Position numbers and translations under genes: made by a program. DNA of 64,000 nt. Origin: Octopus sinensis (taxonomy: Eukaryota). The notes under the pieces are model-generated. The model was not told where the DNA came from and did no database searches. It saw only the letters and a list, made by a program, of their open reading frames with translations. Positions 42,701-54,306 of this stretch are shown one piece after another; the stretch's first letter is position 1; every line of letters begins with the position of its first letter. Location: the NCBI RefSeq assembly GCF_006345805.1, contig NC_043023.1, forward strand, positions 18,352,001 through 18,416,000, read 5' to 3'.

Positions 42701-43940
42701 CCATGGCGGAACCCATTCCTGTAGAGAATGGTGTTAAGCAGGGTGACATCCTTGCCCCAACTCTCTTTTCTTTGTACTTTGCTGCTACTTTTACTCATGC
42801 TTTTGCTAAGGTTAGCTCTCTGGAAATATATGTCAGATCTCGATCTTCTGGCCTCCTCTTTAATCTTCGCCGATTTGCTGCCAATTCAAAGGTTTCCCAG
42901 TCTATTATTCGTGACCTCCTTTATGCAGATGACTGTGACTTAGTCACTCATACAGTGGATGACATGTAAATACTCATGAATTGCATTTCTGCTTCTTGCA
43001 GGGCATTTGGACTCAGCATTAGCCTGGACAAGACTGTTGTAATGTTCCAGCCTGCACAAGGAAATCCATATATAGAACCAGCTATCTTGGTTGAAGAAAC
43101 AATTCTGAAGGTAGTAGACAAGTTTGTCTACCTGGGCAGCACACTCAGCCGTTCTTGCTCCCTGGATGAAGAAATATCTTTCAGGTTGTAGAGAGCAACA
43201 AATTCCTTCCGGTCTCTTCAGTCTCGTGCCTGGTCCCAACATGGCATCTCAAGGAGAACAAAAGATGTTGTGTACCGTGCTTGTGTACTGACAGTGCTTA
43301 TCTACTCATGTGAGACATGGACTCTGTACAAACGTCAGGTAAGGGTCCTTGAACGTTTTCCTCAGAGATGTCTCAGACACATTCTCAATGTTGGCTGGAC
43401 CTCAAAAATTCCAGACACACAGATCCTGAGGACAGCTGATATCTTGAGTATTGAGGCGATGGTACACAAGCACCGGTTGCGTTGGGCTGGACACCTTATT
43501 AGAATGGAGGATAGAAGGATTCCTAAGCAGATGCTCTATGGAGAACTTGTGAATGAAAGGAGACTCCGGCAGAAACAAAGGCTGCGATTTAAGGACTGTG
43601 TTAAGTCCTCGTTAAAGGCCTTTGATATGCAGGACACTGACTGGGAGAACAATGCCTGTCATCGCCACAGATGGAGGGAGCAGGTTAAGGAGGGGATCGA
43701 CACTTTTGAGAGAGTACTATCCAGCATGAAAAACTTAGGCGAGCTGTGCGAAAGCGCACGTCTCGTATACTGAATGGGGAAAGCTTGGTCTGCAATTTTT
43801 GCAGTCGTGTATGCTTGTCAAGAGCAGGGCTAATTAGCCACCAACGGAGCCGCAAATGCAAAATATAAGTTAGTCCTAGAGCGCACAATGTTCCTGAAGG
43901 TCGGCAATGGTCTTCCTCGGTCACGAGTGGACGGCCATCA
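39757..43940 (+). mobile_element. Near full-length RTE-clade LINE (APE endonuclease plus reverse transcriptase), inactivated
   Basis: EN 40511-41230 (SCWNVRTL, ISAYAPT, LLGDFNARVG). RT 41194-43773 (SQCGFRSGRG, FIDLTKAFDTV, GVKQGDILAP, LLYADDC). C-terminal CNFCSRVC..GLISHQR. Frameshifts at about 41200 and 43720; in-frame TAA at 42967 and TAG at 43189. (TATG)n on both sides. Confidence 0.95.
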
Positions 43941-43996
43941 TGTATGTATGTATGTATGTATGTATGTATGTATGTATGTATGTATGTATGTATGTA

Positions 43997-44032
<36 letters not shown>

Positions 44033-44470
44033 TGTATGTATGTGTGTATGTATGTATATATGTATATATGTATGTATATATACATGTGTGTATGTATGTA
44101 TGTATGTATAAGTATGTATATGTATGTATATATGTATGTATATATGTATGTATGTGTGTATGTATGTATGTATGTGTGTTTGTATGTATGTTTGTGTATG
44201 TACATATATGTGCGTATGCATATGTGTATATGCGTATGCATGTGTGCGTGCCTATACGCATGTATGTATGTATGCATGTATATAAGTATGTATGTATATA
44301 CTTATGTATGTACGTGAGTATTTAGGTAAGTGTGTTTCCACATCAATGGCCTTTCCTGCAGACATCAACCACATCGATCTTACCAATCTGTGAGAACCCC
44401 ACTAAATGATGGCTGTTGCATCTCTGTATTAAAACAATTTATGGAAGAAAATAGAAAATGAAATTCTTAC

Positions 44471-44573
44471 TTGGAACAAACATAAAATATTATATAAGAA
44501 TGAGACAGGCTAATGATATTCCGCAGCCAATGTAAGATGCCATTGATAAGAGGTGACTAGTTTCCCCCGATTT
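44471..44573 (-). CDS. Adhesion GPCR TM1 exon with a 1-nt deletion (KSGETSHLLSMASYIGCGISLACLIL/.IIFYVCS)
   Basis: tgttgcag acceptor and gtaaga donor. SYIGCGISL TM1 motif; the frame runs into TAA, and the TM1-like text resumes in another frame. Confidence 0.85.
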
Positions 44574-45965
44574 CTGCAACAGAAACAAATAACAACGTAT
44601 TAACTCCTTTTCCCATTCACATTCCTATGTCGGTCAATAATTATATAAATTATGAGTGTATAAAGTGTTGATGTAGAATGTTGCGTATGTGTAAGCTGCA
44701 TTAATGGCAATATTAATAATGGGCCGTCTTACACTGCATGTTGGATGAGAGACAGTTTCACCGAATTCATTATGTATATATGGGATGTGTAACTAAAAGT
44801 ATGAGATGTACCACCAACTCATAGATTTTTAGTTCAAATGCAATTAAGATGGCTTCGTATATTTTATCAGTCCAGCTAACTGAGGTTGCTTCACTTAAAC
44901 CATATCTCACCTGAGATAGACCGATGTCATTTCTTTCTCATTCCTTTAACACAAGGCAAATTAAGATCATTCTTCCACTCTCAGACCTTGATGTTGCATG
45001 ATCAGTTTCCTTTACATAAAGCAGCATCATTTAACAAGTAAGAGGACGTGTCCGCTTCAAATATGCTTTGGCCATGGATACTATAGATTATGAATGATGA
45101 CAAAATAGATATGACAGCATTTTCGATAGGTTGTTCGTCTCATTTTGGGTCAATATATAACATGGAATATGTGAAAAATGAATATTTAGATAGATGAAGA
45201 AATGGGAAATTGAAATTATTTTCGTAACGAAGAATTAGAGAAATGAAAACATTAATAAAGACAACAAGTGAATTGATTCTGTAATGTTTCTGATAAAAAC
45301 TGACAAAGATAGACGCAATATCAGTGACCTGACGATTTAATCTCGGTTCTTGTGGCGTCGGGTGGTATTGGAAACTGGTATGGAGTGAACTAGCAATTTG
45401 AATTAATTCAAAAATCATGTAGGCTACACTATGTGCCATAGATAGGTGCATATGTTATTTTGTGGGCGGCAGAAGTGTTATATAAGTAACAAGTGGTGGA
45501 TACATGTGTATTATGGATGTAAAAAAGCATCAGTAGAAGAAATCGCATAAATATAAGGAGAGTTCATATAAGAGAAACACGAAAGACCAAGGGTTTAACA
45601 TCTAAGCTGCCAACATGTTTAATGAGCTACGGAGGGTCATCATATCTTAAATACATCTCTATCAACTAGACGACCATTCAGGTGGTTTCAACATAACAGA
45701 TTTTTACTGTCAGGACAGGTGACCATCTCTCTCGATTCCTTTCACATCAATGCTGAAAGAATTCTCCTCTATTTTGTTGATGACATGTAAAGGACATCGT
45801 CCTAAGTTTAAACTCATAAACAACAGCCATAACAACTACAACTACGACCCACACATTTACCGACATGTCCACCAATACAAAATCAAGCAGGTGTTGAAAT
45901 TATTAATGCATAGACACAAGCAGCCTAGTTACAGGTAATTAAGAATTTGTCATAATTTTACTAAC

Positions 45966-46112
45966 CAAAAGGGCAAAACTTGTCAGATGGTCACAGGAAC
46001 AAAGTACTTTCTGTCCAGGTTCATACTTGGATACATTACAGCCTTTAGGTGACCATTTGGGAATCTGTCCAGGAGATTCATCCCAAAAAACACACTGTGG
46101 GTTGGTGGCATT
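45966..46112 (-). CDS. Adhesion GPCR exon: GPS (NATNPQCVFWDESPGQIPKWSPKGCNVSKYEPGQKVLCSCDHLTSFALL)
   Basis: Canonical C.FW...W...GC...C.C.HLT.F GPS signature; tttttcag acceptor and gttagt donor. Confidence 0.95.
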
Positions 46113-46687
46113 CTGAAAAAAAAATACATTCTGATAATTTAATCAAATTAGCTTGTAATTAAAATACATGTAATGCGTCTTTGTTAATTACGTTATCAAA
46201 ACGTCAAAACATCATAGCAAACAACGTTTTGATTGCTTTTGGCATTGGGAATCCAACATCATTGGCTGTGGCATTGCTTAACTCACCATTTTACCTCAGT
46301 TATACATCTATGTATATTCTCATAGTATACAGCATTCACCATAAAAGTGGAAGAAGAAGACATTGGATGGTGTAGTTCTAGAAACAATTAACGATATACA
46401 AGTTGATAAGATATTGATGTTTGGGATGTGTTTCATAGATTTACTGGGTCAGGTAGAACATGAAAATAAAGAGCGACAACGGTCACCATATGAAAGCCCG
46501 AAGTAACTCACACTTAAATTACACGGCCCTAATGAATGAAGCCAATACGGAAAGATATTAAAGCATTATGTTGTGGATAGGAAAATACAAGACAAACAAC
46601 TTAAAGCTTGGAATGAAAAAAGAATGCCTCCATCATCACACAACGTTTACATTATAAACATAAAGTTATAACTCTCATCACGGTAAC

Positions 46688-46689
46688 AG

Positions 46690-46745
<56 letters not shown>

Positions 46746-46893
46746 ATATAAGTTATAAACATATAAGTTATAACTCTCAACACTGTAACAGGTACTACCA
46801 CTACAACTGCTACTATTACTGCTGCTGCTGCTACTACTACTACTACTACTGCTCCTGCCACTACTACTACTACTATTACTACTTCTACTACTG

Positions 46894-46930
<37 letters not shown>

Positions 46931-46950
46931 TACTGCTACTACTACAGTGT
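46688..46950. repeat. (CTA)n/(CTG)n compound microsatellite
   Basis: Direct inspection. Confidence 0.95.
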
Positions 46951-47037
46951 TTCTTTCGAGAAGAGTGAGATGTGGCTTTGAAATGAAATATTAACAACAA
47001 CAACAACAACAACAGTTATAATAAATATAGTTATTAC

Positions 47038-47166
47038 CTGATCTATTAGTCCGAATGAGATATTAACCGGATCCTCGAGGTTGGTTATTTGAATGTTTGG
47101 AATCGTTGCGGCAATAATGTGACTGTTGATTTTAGTGTTTGCTTTGGTACTGGAGTTTTGTATTAC
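47038..47166 (-). CDS. Adhesion GPCR exon: GAIN B (VIQNSSTKANTKINSHIIAATIPNIQITNLEDPVNISFGLIDQ)
   Basis: ttttacag acceptor and gtaata donor; 129 nt; INSxII...L..PV.I.F motif. Confidence 0.92.
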
Positions 47167-47226
47167 CTGTAAAAAGATGACATCATATTAAAACTAATTT
47201 ATTCAATAGAAAAGTTGGCAATCTTA

Positions 47227-47687
47227 CGGTTCTGGTATATTTTACGTCAAATGACCACGTGTATTAGTTTATATATGATCGTCGATTTCCGTAAAAACCT
47301 TTAATTTTTTTACATTTATTTTTTTACATATGGGGTTGGGGAAATGGGATCTTTGGGGTTTGGGTTAGGGTTAGGACCCTAACCCTAACCCTAACCCCAA
47401 AGATCCCATTTCCCCCCAACCCCATAAAAAATCTTTTATTTTTTTACATTTATTTTTTTACATACGGGGTTGGGGAAATGGGATCTTTGGGGTTTGGGTT
47501 AGGGTTAGGGTTTAGGGTTAGGGTTTGGGGTTAGGGTTAGGGTTAAGACCCTAACCCTAACCCTAACCCCAAAGATCCCATTTCCCCCCCAACCCCATAT
47601 GTAAAAAAATAAAAGTTTTTTACGGAAATCGACGATCATATATAAACAAATACACGTGGTCATTTAACGTAAAATATACTAGAACCG
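47227..47687. mobile_element. MITE with about 70-bp TIRs, TA target duplication and internal telomeric-repeat fold-backs
   Basis: TA|CGGTTCTGGTATATTTTACG...CGTAAAATATACTAGAACCG|TA, with 3 mismatches between TIRs. Two internal (TTAGGG)n-(CCCTAA)n palindromic units. Confidence 0.9.
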
Positions 47688-48169
47688 TATGATTACACGA
47701 ATCTAATTCAACCTTTTTAAACACACACACACACAGAGGCACACGCGCACGTCACACATATATCTATATACATATATGGGTGTGTGTGCGTGCGTGTGTG
47801 TTCTGCATTAATCAATGAATCATTTATTTGCTGATTTGCATATTAGAACAATGATTCTGAATTCACTCTGAATGCCTGCGGAGACTAAATCAAACCAAAA
47901 CACCGGTGTCTTATGGATTTCTGAATGAGCTCTGATTTTAACACATCAAGTATCTTAAGAGAAGTTTTGCCGAGACAAAACTCAAAACAACGGCCGTTTA
48001 AGTTTCTGTATACATCATAAATTATATACATCCACACACACATACATGCATATATACATATGTGTATATACATAGCATTTGTAGCTGTGTTCTATTAGTA
48101 TTGCCATCAACAACGAATTCAAGCATTAAGTCTGGTGGAGAAAGATAAATTGCCAATTTGGTTCCATAC

Positions 48170-48283
48170 CCTATATAGCTTATCATCCTTCAGGGAGAAA
48201 AACGAAATCCTCGAAACGGCAGCCCGTTCTTCGGTTTTCAGGTGTTTCAATAAACTCGTTGGTAATGAAATGAAGTCGTATGT
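48170..48283 (-). CDS. Adhesion GPCR exon: GAIN (TYDFISLPTSLLKHLKTEERAAVSRISFFSLKDDKLYR)
   Basis: Long polypyrimidine tract plus cag, gtatgg donor; 114 nt; ISLP motif. Confidence 0.9.
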
Positions 48284-48734
48284 CTGATGGAAGAAAATGA
48301 AATAAAATGAAATTGATAAATGAAATACTCTACTACATATGATGTCACTGTGAAAATTGTTAATAAAACCAGGTGGTTATTTATCTTTGCAACCCCCTTC
48401 AATTAATTGTCAGTACTTATTTGAAAGAGGTTGAACCTGAAAATGCATAAATTCGAGAAGAATCGGCCAGCGAGCACTCCCCTTCTGTTCATAAGTACAT
48501 TTAACAAAAATTCTATAAGATGACGTGAGTATAAAGAAATGTATTGAAAGAAATCTTGAAATCAATTACAGTTTAATTAACTATAGCTTCTAAATATACG
48601 ATGCTTTGAGTGTGTCTTTTAATTGGTGTATAAATGAAAAGATTTTGGGGTCTTCCAACTCGCGAAAATCCTACATATAATTGCCCATGAGAGAAGCAAT
48701 GTGAAGTCCAACAATCTTCAGAGACTGTCTTTGG

Positions 48735-48929
48735 GATTTACTCTTTTACTTGTTTCATTCATTTGACTGTGGCCATGCTGGAGCACCGCCTTTAGTCGAG
48801 CAAATCGACCCCGGGACTTATTCTTTGTAAGCCCAGTACTTATTCTATCGGTTCTCTTTTGCCGAACCGCTAAGTAACGGGGACACCAGCATCGGTTGTC
48901 AAGCAATGCTAGGGGGACAAACACACACA

Positions 48930-48970
<41 letters not shown>

Positions 48971-49128
48971 GACGGGCTTCTTTCAGTTTCCGTCTGCTAA
49001 ATCCACTCACAAGGCTTTGGTCGGCCTGAGGCTATAGTAGAAGACACTTGCCCAAGGTGCCACGCAGTACGACTGAACCCGGAACCATGTGGTTGGTAAA
49101 CAAGCTACTTACCACACAGCCACTCCTG
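48735..49128 (-). mobile_element. tRNA-head SINE, full length, in a GPCR intron in sense orientation
   Basis: Same family; head begins directly after ...atctttag. Confidence 0.9.
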
Positions 49129-49221
49129 CTAAAGATATTATATTTCACTGTAATGTATTTCATCAATTTGGGTGTTAGAACAAACGGTTAATAAGGGAGA
49201 AATCATGAGGAAGTACTGTAC

Positions 49222-49392
49222 CATTGTCTTGATTCGTTTTCTTTATTTCCAAATGAAATACCATAGACCGCACCATTGAACGTGTCCTTCTTCACTTTGA
49301 TGGCACCAATACCAAGATTAGGATGTAAGACTGTCAGTTGCTGCTCTTCCAGTGGAATCTCTTCCGGGATTGCTTCTATAATGTCCAGCATT
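49222..49392 (-). CDS. Adhesion GPCR exon: GAIN (MLDIIEAIPEEIPLEEQQLTVLHPNLGIGAIKVKKDTFNGAVYGISFGNKENESRQ)
   Basis: tctcacag acceptor; donor gtacag gives phase 2, which does not match the phase-0 start of the next exon. Confidence 0.8.
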
Positions 49393-49549
49393 CTGTGAGA
49401 AAACCAAGAAATGAAATCTCAACTAAGAGTGTGTTTCGAATACGTAATTAGATATAGGTGTAATTACCCTAATTATATTGATTAAGAAATCTATTTTATG
49501 CCTTATTGCTACTAATGCTTCCACTATTTCTGCCACTATTTCTTCTTCT

Positions 49550-49717
49550 TCTTCTTCTTCTTCTTCTTCTTCTTCTTCTTCTTCTTCTTCTTCTTCTTCT
49601 TCTTCTTCTTCTTCTTCTTCTTCTTCTTCTTCTTCTTCTTCTTCTTCTTCTTCTTCCTCCTCTGCCTCTGCCTCTGCTGCTACTACCACTACTACTACTA
49701 CCACTACTACTACCACT

Positions 49718-49758
<41 letters not shown>

Positions 49759-49791
49759 CACTACTACTACTGCTGCTGCTGCTGCTGATAC

Positions 49792-49824
<33 letters not shown>

Positions 49825-49835
49825 TACTAACAACA
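49550..49835. repeat. (TTC)n-(CTA)n compound microsatellite
   Basis: Direct inspection; begins about 20 nt into the intron after exon 49858-50089. Confidence 0.95.
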
Positions 49836-49857
49836 ACAAATGTGATATGGATTTTAC

Positions 49858-50089
49858 CTTTTCCCAGTTCTCTTTGATTGTTCTGCTTCAACCAAAATCT
49901 CTTCCGGTGTGTCTATCATATCGTTGATACTAGGAAGTATGTTATTCAGTGTTATATTTGTGGACACATTCGATATCAATGGCACCATTTTCTCTTGAAT
50001 GTCTACAGCCAAGTCTATATCTTCTGCTTTGAAATACTTTGCTTTCTTGGAAATATCGCGGACTATTGTTGAAATCTCCTCAACATTTT
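49858..50089 (-). CDS. Adhesion GPCR exon: GAIN subdomain A (ENVEEISTIVRDISKKAKYFKAEDIDLAVDI...KRTGKR)
   Basis: ttgcag acceptor and gtaaaa donor; phases 1/2 fit both neighbours. Confidence 0.9.
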
Positions 50090-50299
50090 CTGCAATGGGA
50101 AATTTAAGATGAAATTTAGGGAAATTTTCATTCGCATTCAAGATGCAAATTAAGTCACATGACTATTAATGAATCAATGAAAATTAATAAACTACCCCGA
50201 TTTCATATAGCACAGACATTGCTAAACGTGTTCAGGTCATCAGCTGTTTACTCATTGCTGTACATCGTTAGCACCTCCATCTTTGTAGAATTAACAGAA

Positions 50300-50725
50300 A
50301 CAGGAGTGGCTGTTTGGTAAGTAGCTTGTTTACCAACCACATGGTTCCGGGTTCAGTCCCACTTCGAGTCATCTTGGGCAAGTGTCTTCTGCTATAGCCC
50401 TGGGCCGACCAATGCCTTGTGAGTGGATTTGGTAGACGGAAACTGAAAGAAGTCCGTCGTATTTATGTATACATATGTGTGTGTGTGTGTGTGTGAGTGT
50501 GTCTGTATATGTTTGTGTTCCCCGCCCCCTCCAACATCCCTTGACAACCGATGCTGGTGTGTTTATGTCCCCGTTACTTAGCGGTTCGGCAAAAGAGACC
50601 GATAGAATAATTACTGGGCTTACAAAGAATAAGTCGCTGAGTCGAGTTGCTCGACTAAAAAGGCGGTGCTCCAGCATGGCCGCAGTCAAATGACTGAAAC
50701 AAGTAAAAGAGTAAAAGAGTAAAGA
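50300..50725 (+). mobile_element. tRNA-head SINE, full length
   Basis: Same family. Confidence 0.9.
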
Positions 50726-51655
50726 GTAGGTGGTGGTGGTGGAATTACTATACAGTATGGGGTCCTTTATAGCTGAATACGACATACCCTTGTTGGTGGG
50801 TGTTTGTAAATGATATTATTGACAGCCAATGGCGGTGTGATTCAACATCCATTATAATCTGTTGAGAGTGGTAACTTGCTCGCATTCAATGAAACACAAC
50901 CATATGGATTACATCACTGATTATTCATTTTACAACCGCCAACAGTACGTGATAGAGTTGTGTACCAGTAATATATCTATCGTTTTATCTACTGAGCCAT
51001 TCTACAGAAATGTGAGGAAAAGAGTAGTCTTAACGATATAATAATAAACTCAGATCTCTCAAGTAATAACTTCTGTCAGCACGTTTCCATAAAGGATTCA
51101 AACGATAAACCGTTGGAAGAGATTAACAAAAGGGATTATACGACTTATCATATCTTGACATAATTTTAATCATCACTGTATATACATACAAACACATAAG
51201 TATATATTCATACACACACATGTATTAAAAGGCAGCATAAACATCACAAAAACTGTTACTCGGAGTTTCACGTTCCCGTTTGTCGGACAGTTTTGTTTAG
51301 AATGAAGCAAGATAAACTTATATGAAGAAATACAATTTCTTTGATAGAAACACATTTGGAAATGGTTTTGTTCCGTTGGTCCTTTCAACTGACGGTCTTT
51401 ACAAAAGCCGGTTGCATGAAATAACAATTGCAGTTTCAAATCATATTATATAAATCGAAGAAAACCTTTAATCGGAAATAGCTTATGTAGGAAGAAAAAA
51501 GCCTGAGTACGAAGGGTAAATAATTAGTTGCAAAAATAATAATAAATTAAAGGATATATCCGTTTAAACAACTTTCACGCTAAAATATATACACATACGA
51601 AAAATCTATAATATACATATATACACAAAACATACAGGCGAAGGTACATGGTTAC

Positions 51656-51712
<57 letters not shown>

Positions 51713-51815
51713 ATATATATTTTTTTTACACGTTAGACCACTGGAAATGTAAATTTTGATCAAATGCTATTGATGTTAATTAAATTCCATTTCCCTTTCA
51801 TAAGATTATATATAC

Positions 51816-51854
<39 letters not shown>

Positions 51855-51890
51855 CAAACTTGAAAATATACAAATGCATATATACGTATG

Positions 51891-51921
<31 letters not shown>

Positions 51922-52122
51922 ACGCACGCATAAAGCCGCCTAGTGTATGCTTATACAACTTTGTTATTACAGGAGAAAGAAAGAAAAGAAAAATCAGAGA
52001 ATAACAAGTGAAAGGAGAAAGAAAAAAGGGAAAAAGAATAAAAGAAATAGAAACAGAAAATGAGAGAGAGAGAGAGAGAGAAAGGGGAAATAGGTCGAGG
52101 TAGAAAGTGTGAAATGATTCGC

Positions 52123-52330
52123 GTTCCTATGTCTAAGGAAAGTTCCTATGTTTAAGGAAAGTTCCTATGTTTAAGGAAAGTTCCTATGTTTAAGGAAAGT
52201 TCCTATGTTTAAGGAAAGTTCCTATGTCTAAGGAAAGTTCCTATGTTTAAGGAAAGTTCCTATGTCTAAGGAAAGTTCTTATGTTTAAGGAAAGTTCCTA
52301 TGTCTAAGGAAATTTCCTATGTCTAAGGAA
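52123..52330. repeat. 19-bp minisatellite (GTTCCTATGTYTAAGGAAA) x about 11
   Basis: Direct inspection. Confidence 0.95.
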
Positions 52331-52498
52331 TGTTAGGAATTTCGTTCAACTGGCGAAACGCACACATACAACGACATGCATATCTACATAAATACAAACA
52401 TACAAATACACACACATATAGACACGCATACAAATATATAAATTAATATTTACGCAAATACATATATACATAATATATATATATACATATAGATATAT

Positions 52499-52553
<55 letters not shown>

Positions 52554-53058
52554 TATACACCATAACGTATATACGCATACATTTTGAAAAACTGCCGGGT
52601 ATATATAATAGTAAAATGTTAAATAAATTAGAATAATAAATGCGTGAGTAAACAATGAAACTAAACCTCGGCGTAGACAAACATTTATGGCCGTTAGGAC
52701 AAGACACATTGTGATGGTTAACGCCTGGAAGAAATTTTGAAAGTTATATAATAAATACAACAGAAGAAAATAGTAGAAGAGAAAAAATGTCGAGAGGCGA
52801 GAAAAAAATGACGTCCAGCTAAGTAAACGTCGCGTGCAGAAAAGAGAGATATGCGAAAACATGACCTATAGTCACGTGGGAGCAAACAGGCAGAGGAGAA
52901 TGGGGACTGTTCATTTGAAGCACTGATTCTCCACAATTTATGTATTTAAAAAAAATCTCGATGGTGCAGTTTTATTAAGTTTTCCTGATTTGTCGCTGAA
53001 AGCTCGAAATAGGGAGTAATTAACAGTCGACAACTGAGGAGGAGATAAACTTCTTTTG

Positions 53059-53108
<50 letters not shown>

Positions 53109-53200
53109 CGTAATGGAAGACAGACGTATATCTCTCTTGCTCCTATTACTTACAATTACTTACTATTACTACTAATACTGTAGTAAGAGTAAACGCTCAC

Positions 53201-53370
53201 CTTTACCGATGTCTTCACCTGTGATGTTCTTTAGTTGTTGAGTGATCCTCTCTGTATTGTAACACTGGGTCATGTCTGGTTCTTGCCAGACACCAGTGAA
53301 TGGTGAACACTTTGGTGATGTCATATGTTGAATTGTTGCATTTTCGGAATGTGCCGCCTGTCTAGAGGAA
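53201..53370 (-). CDS. Adhesion GPCR exon: HormR end (SSRQAAHSEN...CSPFTGVWQEPDMTQCYNTERITQQLKNITGEDIGK)
   Basis: tttcag acceptor and gtgagc donor; 170 nt; open frame; W..PD...C motif. Confidence 0.9.
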
Positions 53371-53489
53371 CTGAAAAATGAATATCAAATGTTGTCAAAC
53401 GTGTTAATGCAATTTTATTTCATGAATATCATAGGAATGTGAGAGAAACATTGATTGATTGTGATTTGAAATTATAATCTATTTGAAGA

Positions 53490-53870
53490 AGGATAAGTGT
53501 TGGTCCAGAGAAAAAAGACAATCCTTGCATTGGAAACATCCCTTCTCACCTCCAAAGAAGGCCAATGTAGTTTCATCTGTAGGGGAGGTGATGGCCTCAG
53601 TTTTGGAGGATGAAAAAGACATATTCAAAGTGGTCCCATTATCGATGGGGAGTACTGTGCCTGTTTGTGACTTTGAACTCGATGATCAGCCTCCCTATTC
53701 TCTTGGTATGCCCCCTTCCAACTATCATTTGCCCCCCCCCCCAATATGAAAATACTTGGCTAAGAAGCAGTATCGCGTTGATGACCTCATATCCGTGTCC
53801 CAAGAATTGGGACACGGACTGAAGAAGTATTTTGACTGCAAATGGAACTATGTTCAAAAACAAACATATT
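53490..53870 (+). mobile_element. mariner (DD34D-type) transposase remnant
   Basis: WKHPFSPPKKANVVSSVGEVMASV, matching the W.H..SP.PKK.K...SAGKVMASVFWD motif; internally deleted. Confidence 0.75.
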
Positions 53871-54306
53871 TGGTCACACTCCGTGAGACTATCTTGGTCA
53901 CACCATGGGCTTTTCAGTCGACGCTCGTATAAAACTCAGCCCCTGAAAGTAACAGTATCCGAAATAGCGTGGTATAGATGAAAGAAAAACCAGCATGATG
54001 AATGAAATCCGAGCCTTCATCGCTCACCACTATACAGTAACAAAACGTGTGCTTTACAGTAAATCATAAATTCATATAAAGTAATATTTCCCCGAAACCA
54101 ACACAATTAATGATAAATACTGTCGGCTGAGTTTAGGTATGTGTTTTCTGCCCAACATATATTAACATATATTAACATATATTTCATGACAATCAGAAAT
54201 CTTATCAACAAATGTTGCGATACTTCATCAAACATCGCCAACGAAGCAAATCTTGGGAGCGTAACCAAGGCAAGACTATGTCGCATCCTGGTACAAAATG
54301 TAAAAT

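Noticed and set aside
47340-47570. TTAGGG repeats as a true telomere or chromosome-fusion scar
   Set aside because: Only a few repeats, enclosed in TIRs with a TA duplication; better explained as MITE cargo.
48329-48436. Alternative micro-exons to bridge the phase gap (48347-48329 and 48436-48417)
   Set aside because: The first leaves a 45-nt intron; the second gives the wrong phase or needs a non-canonical donor.
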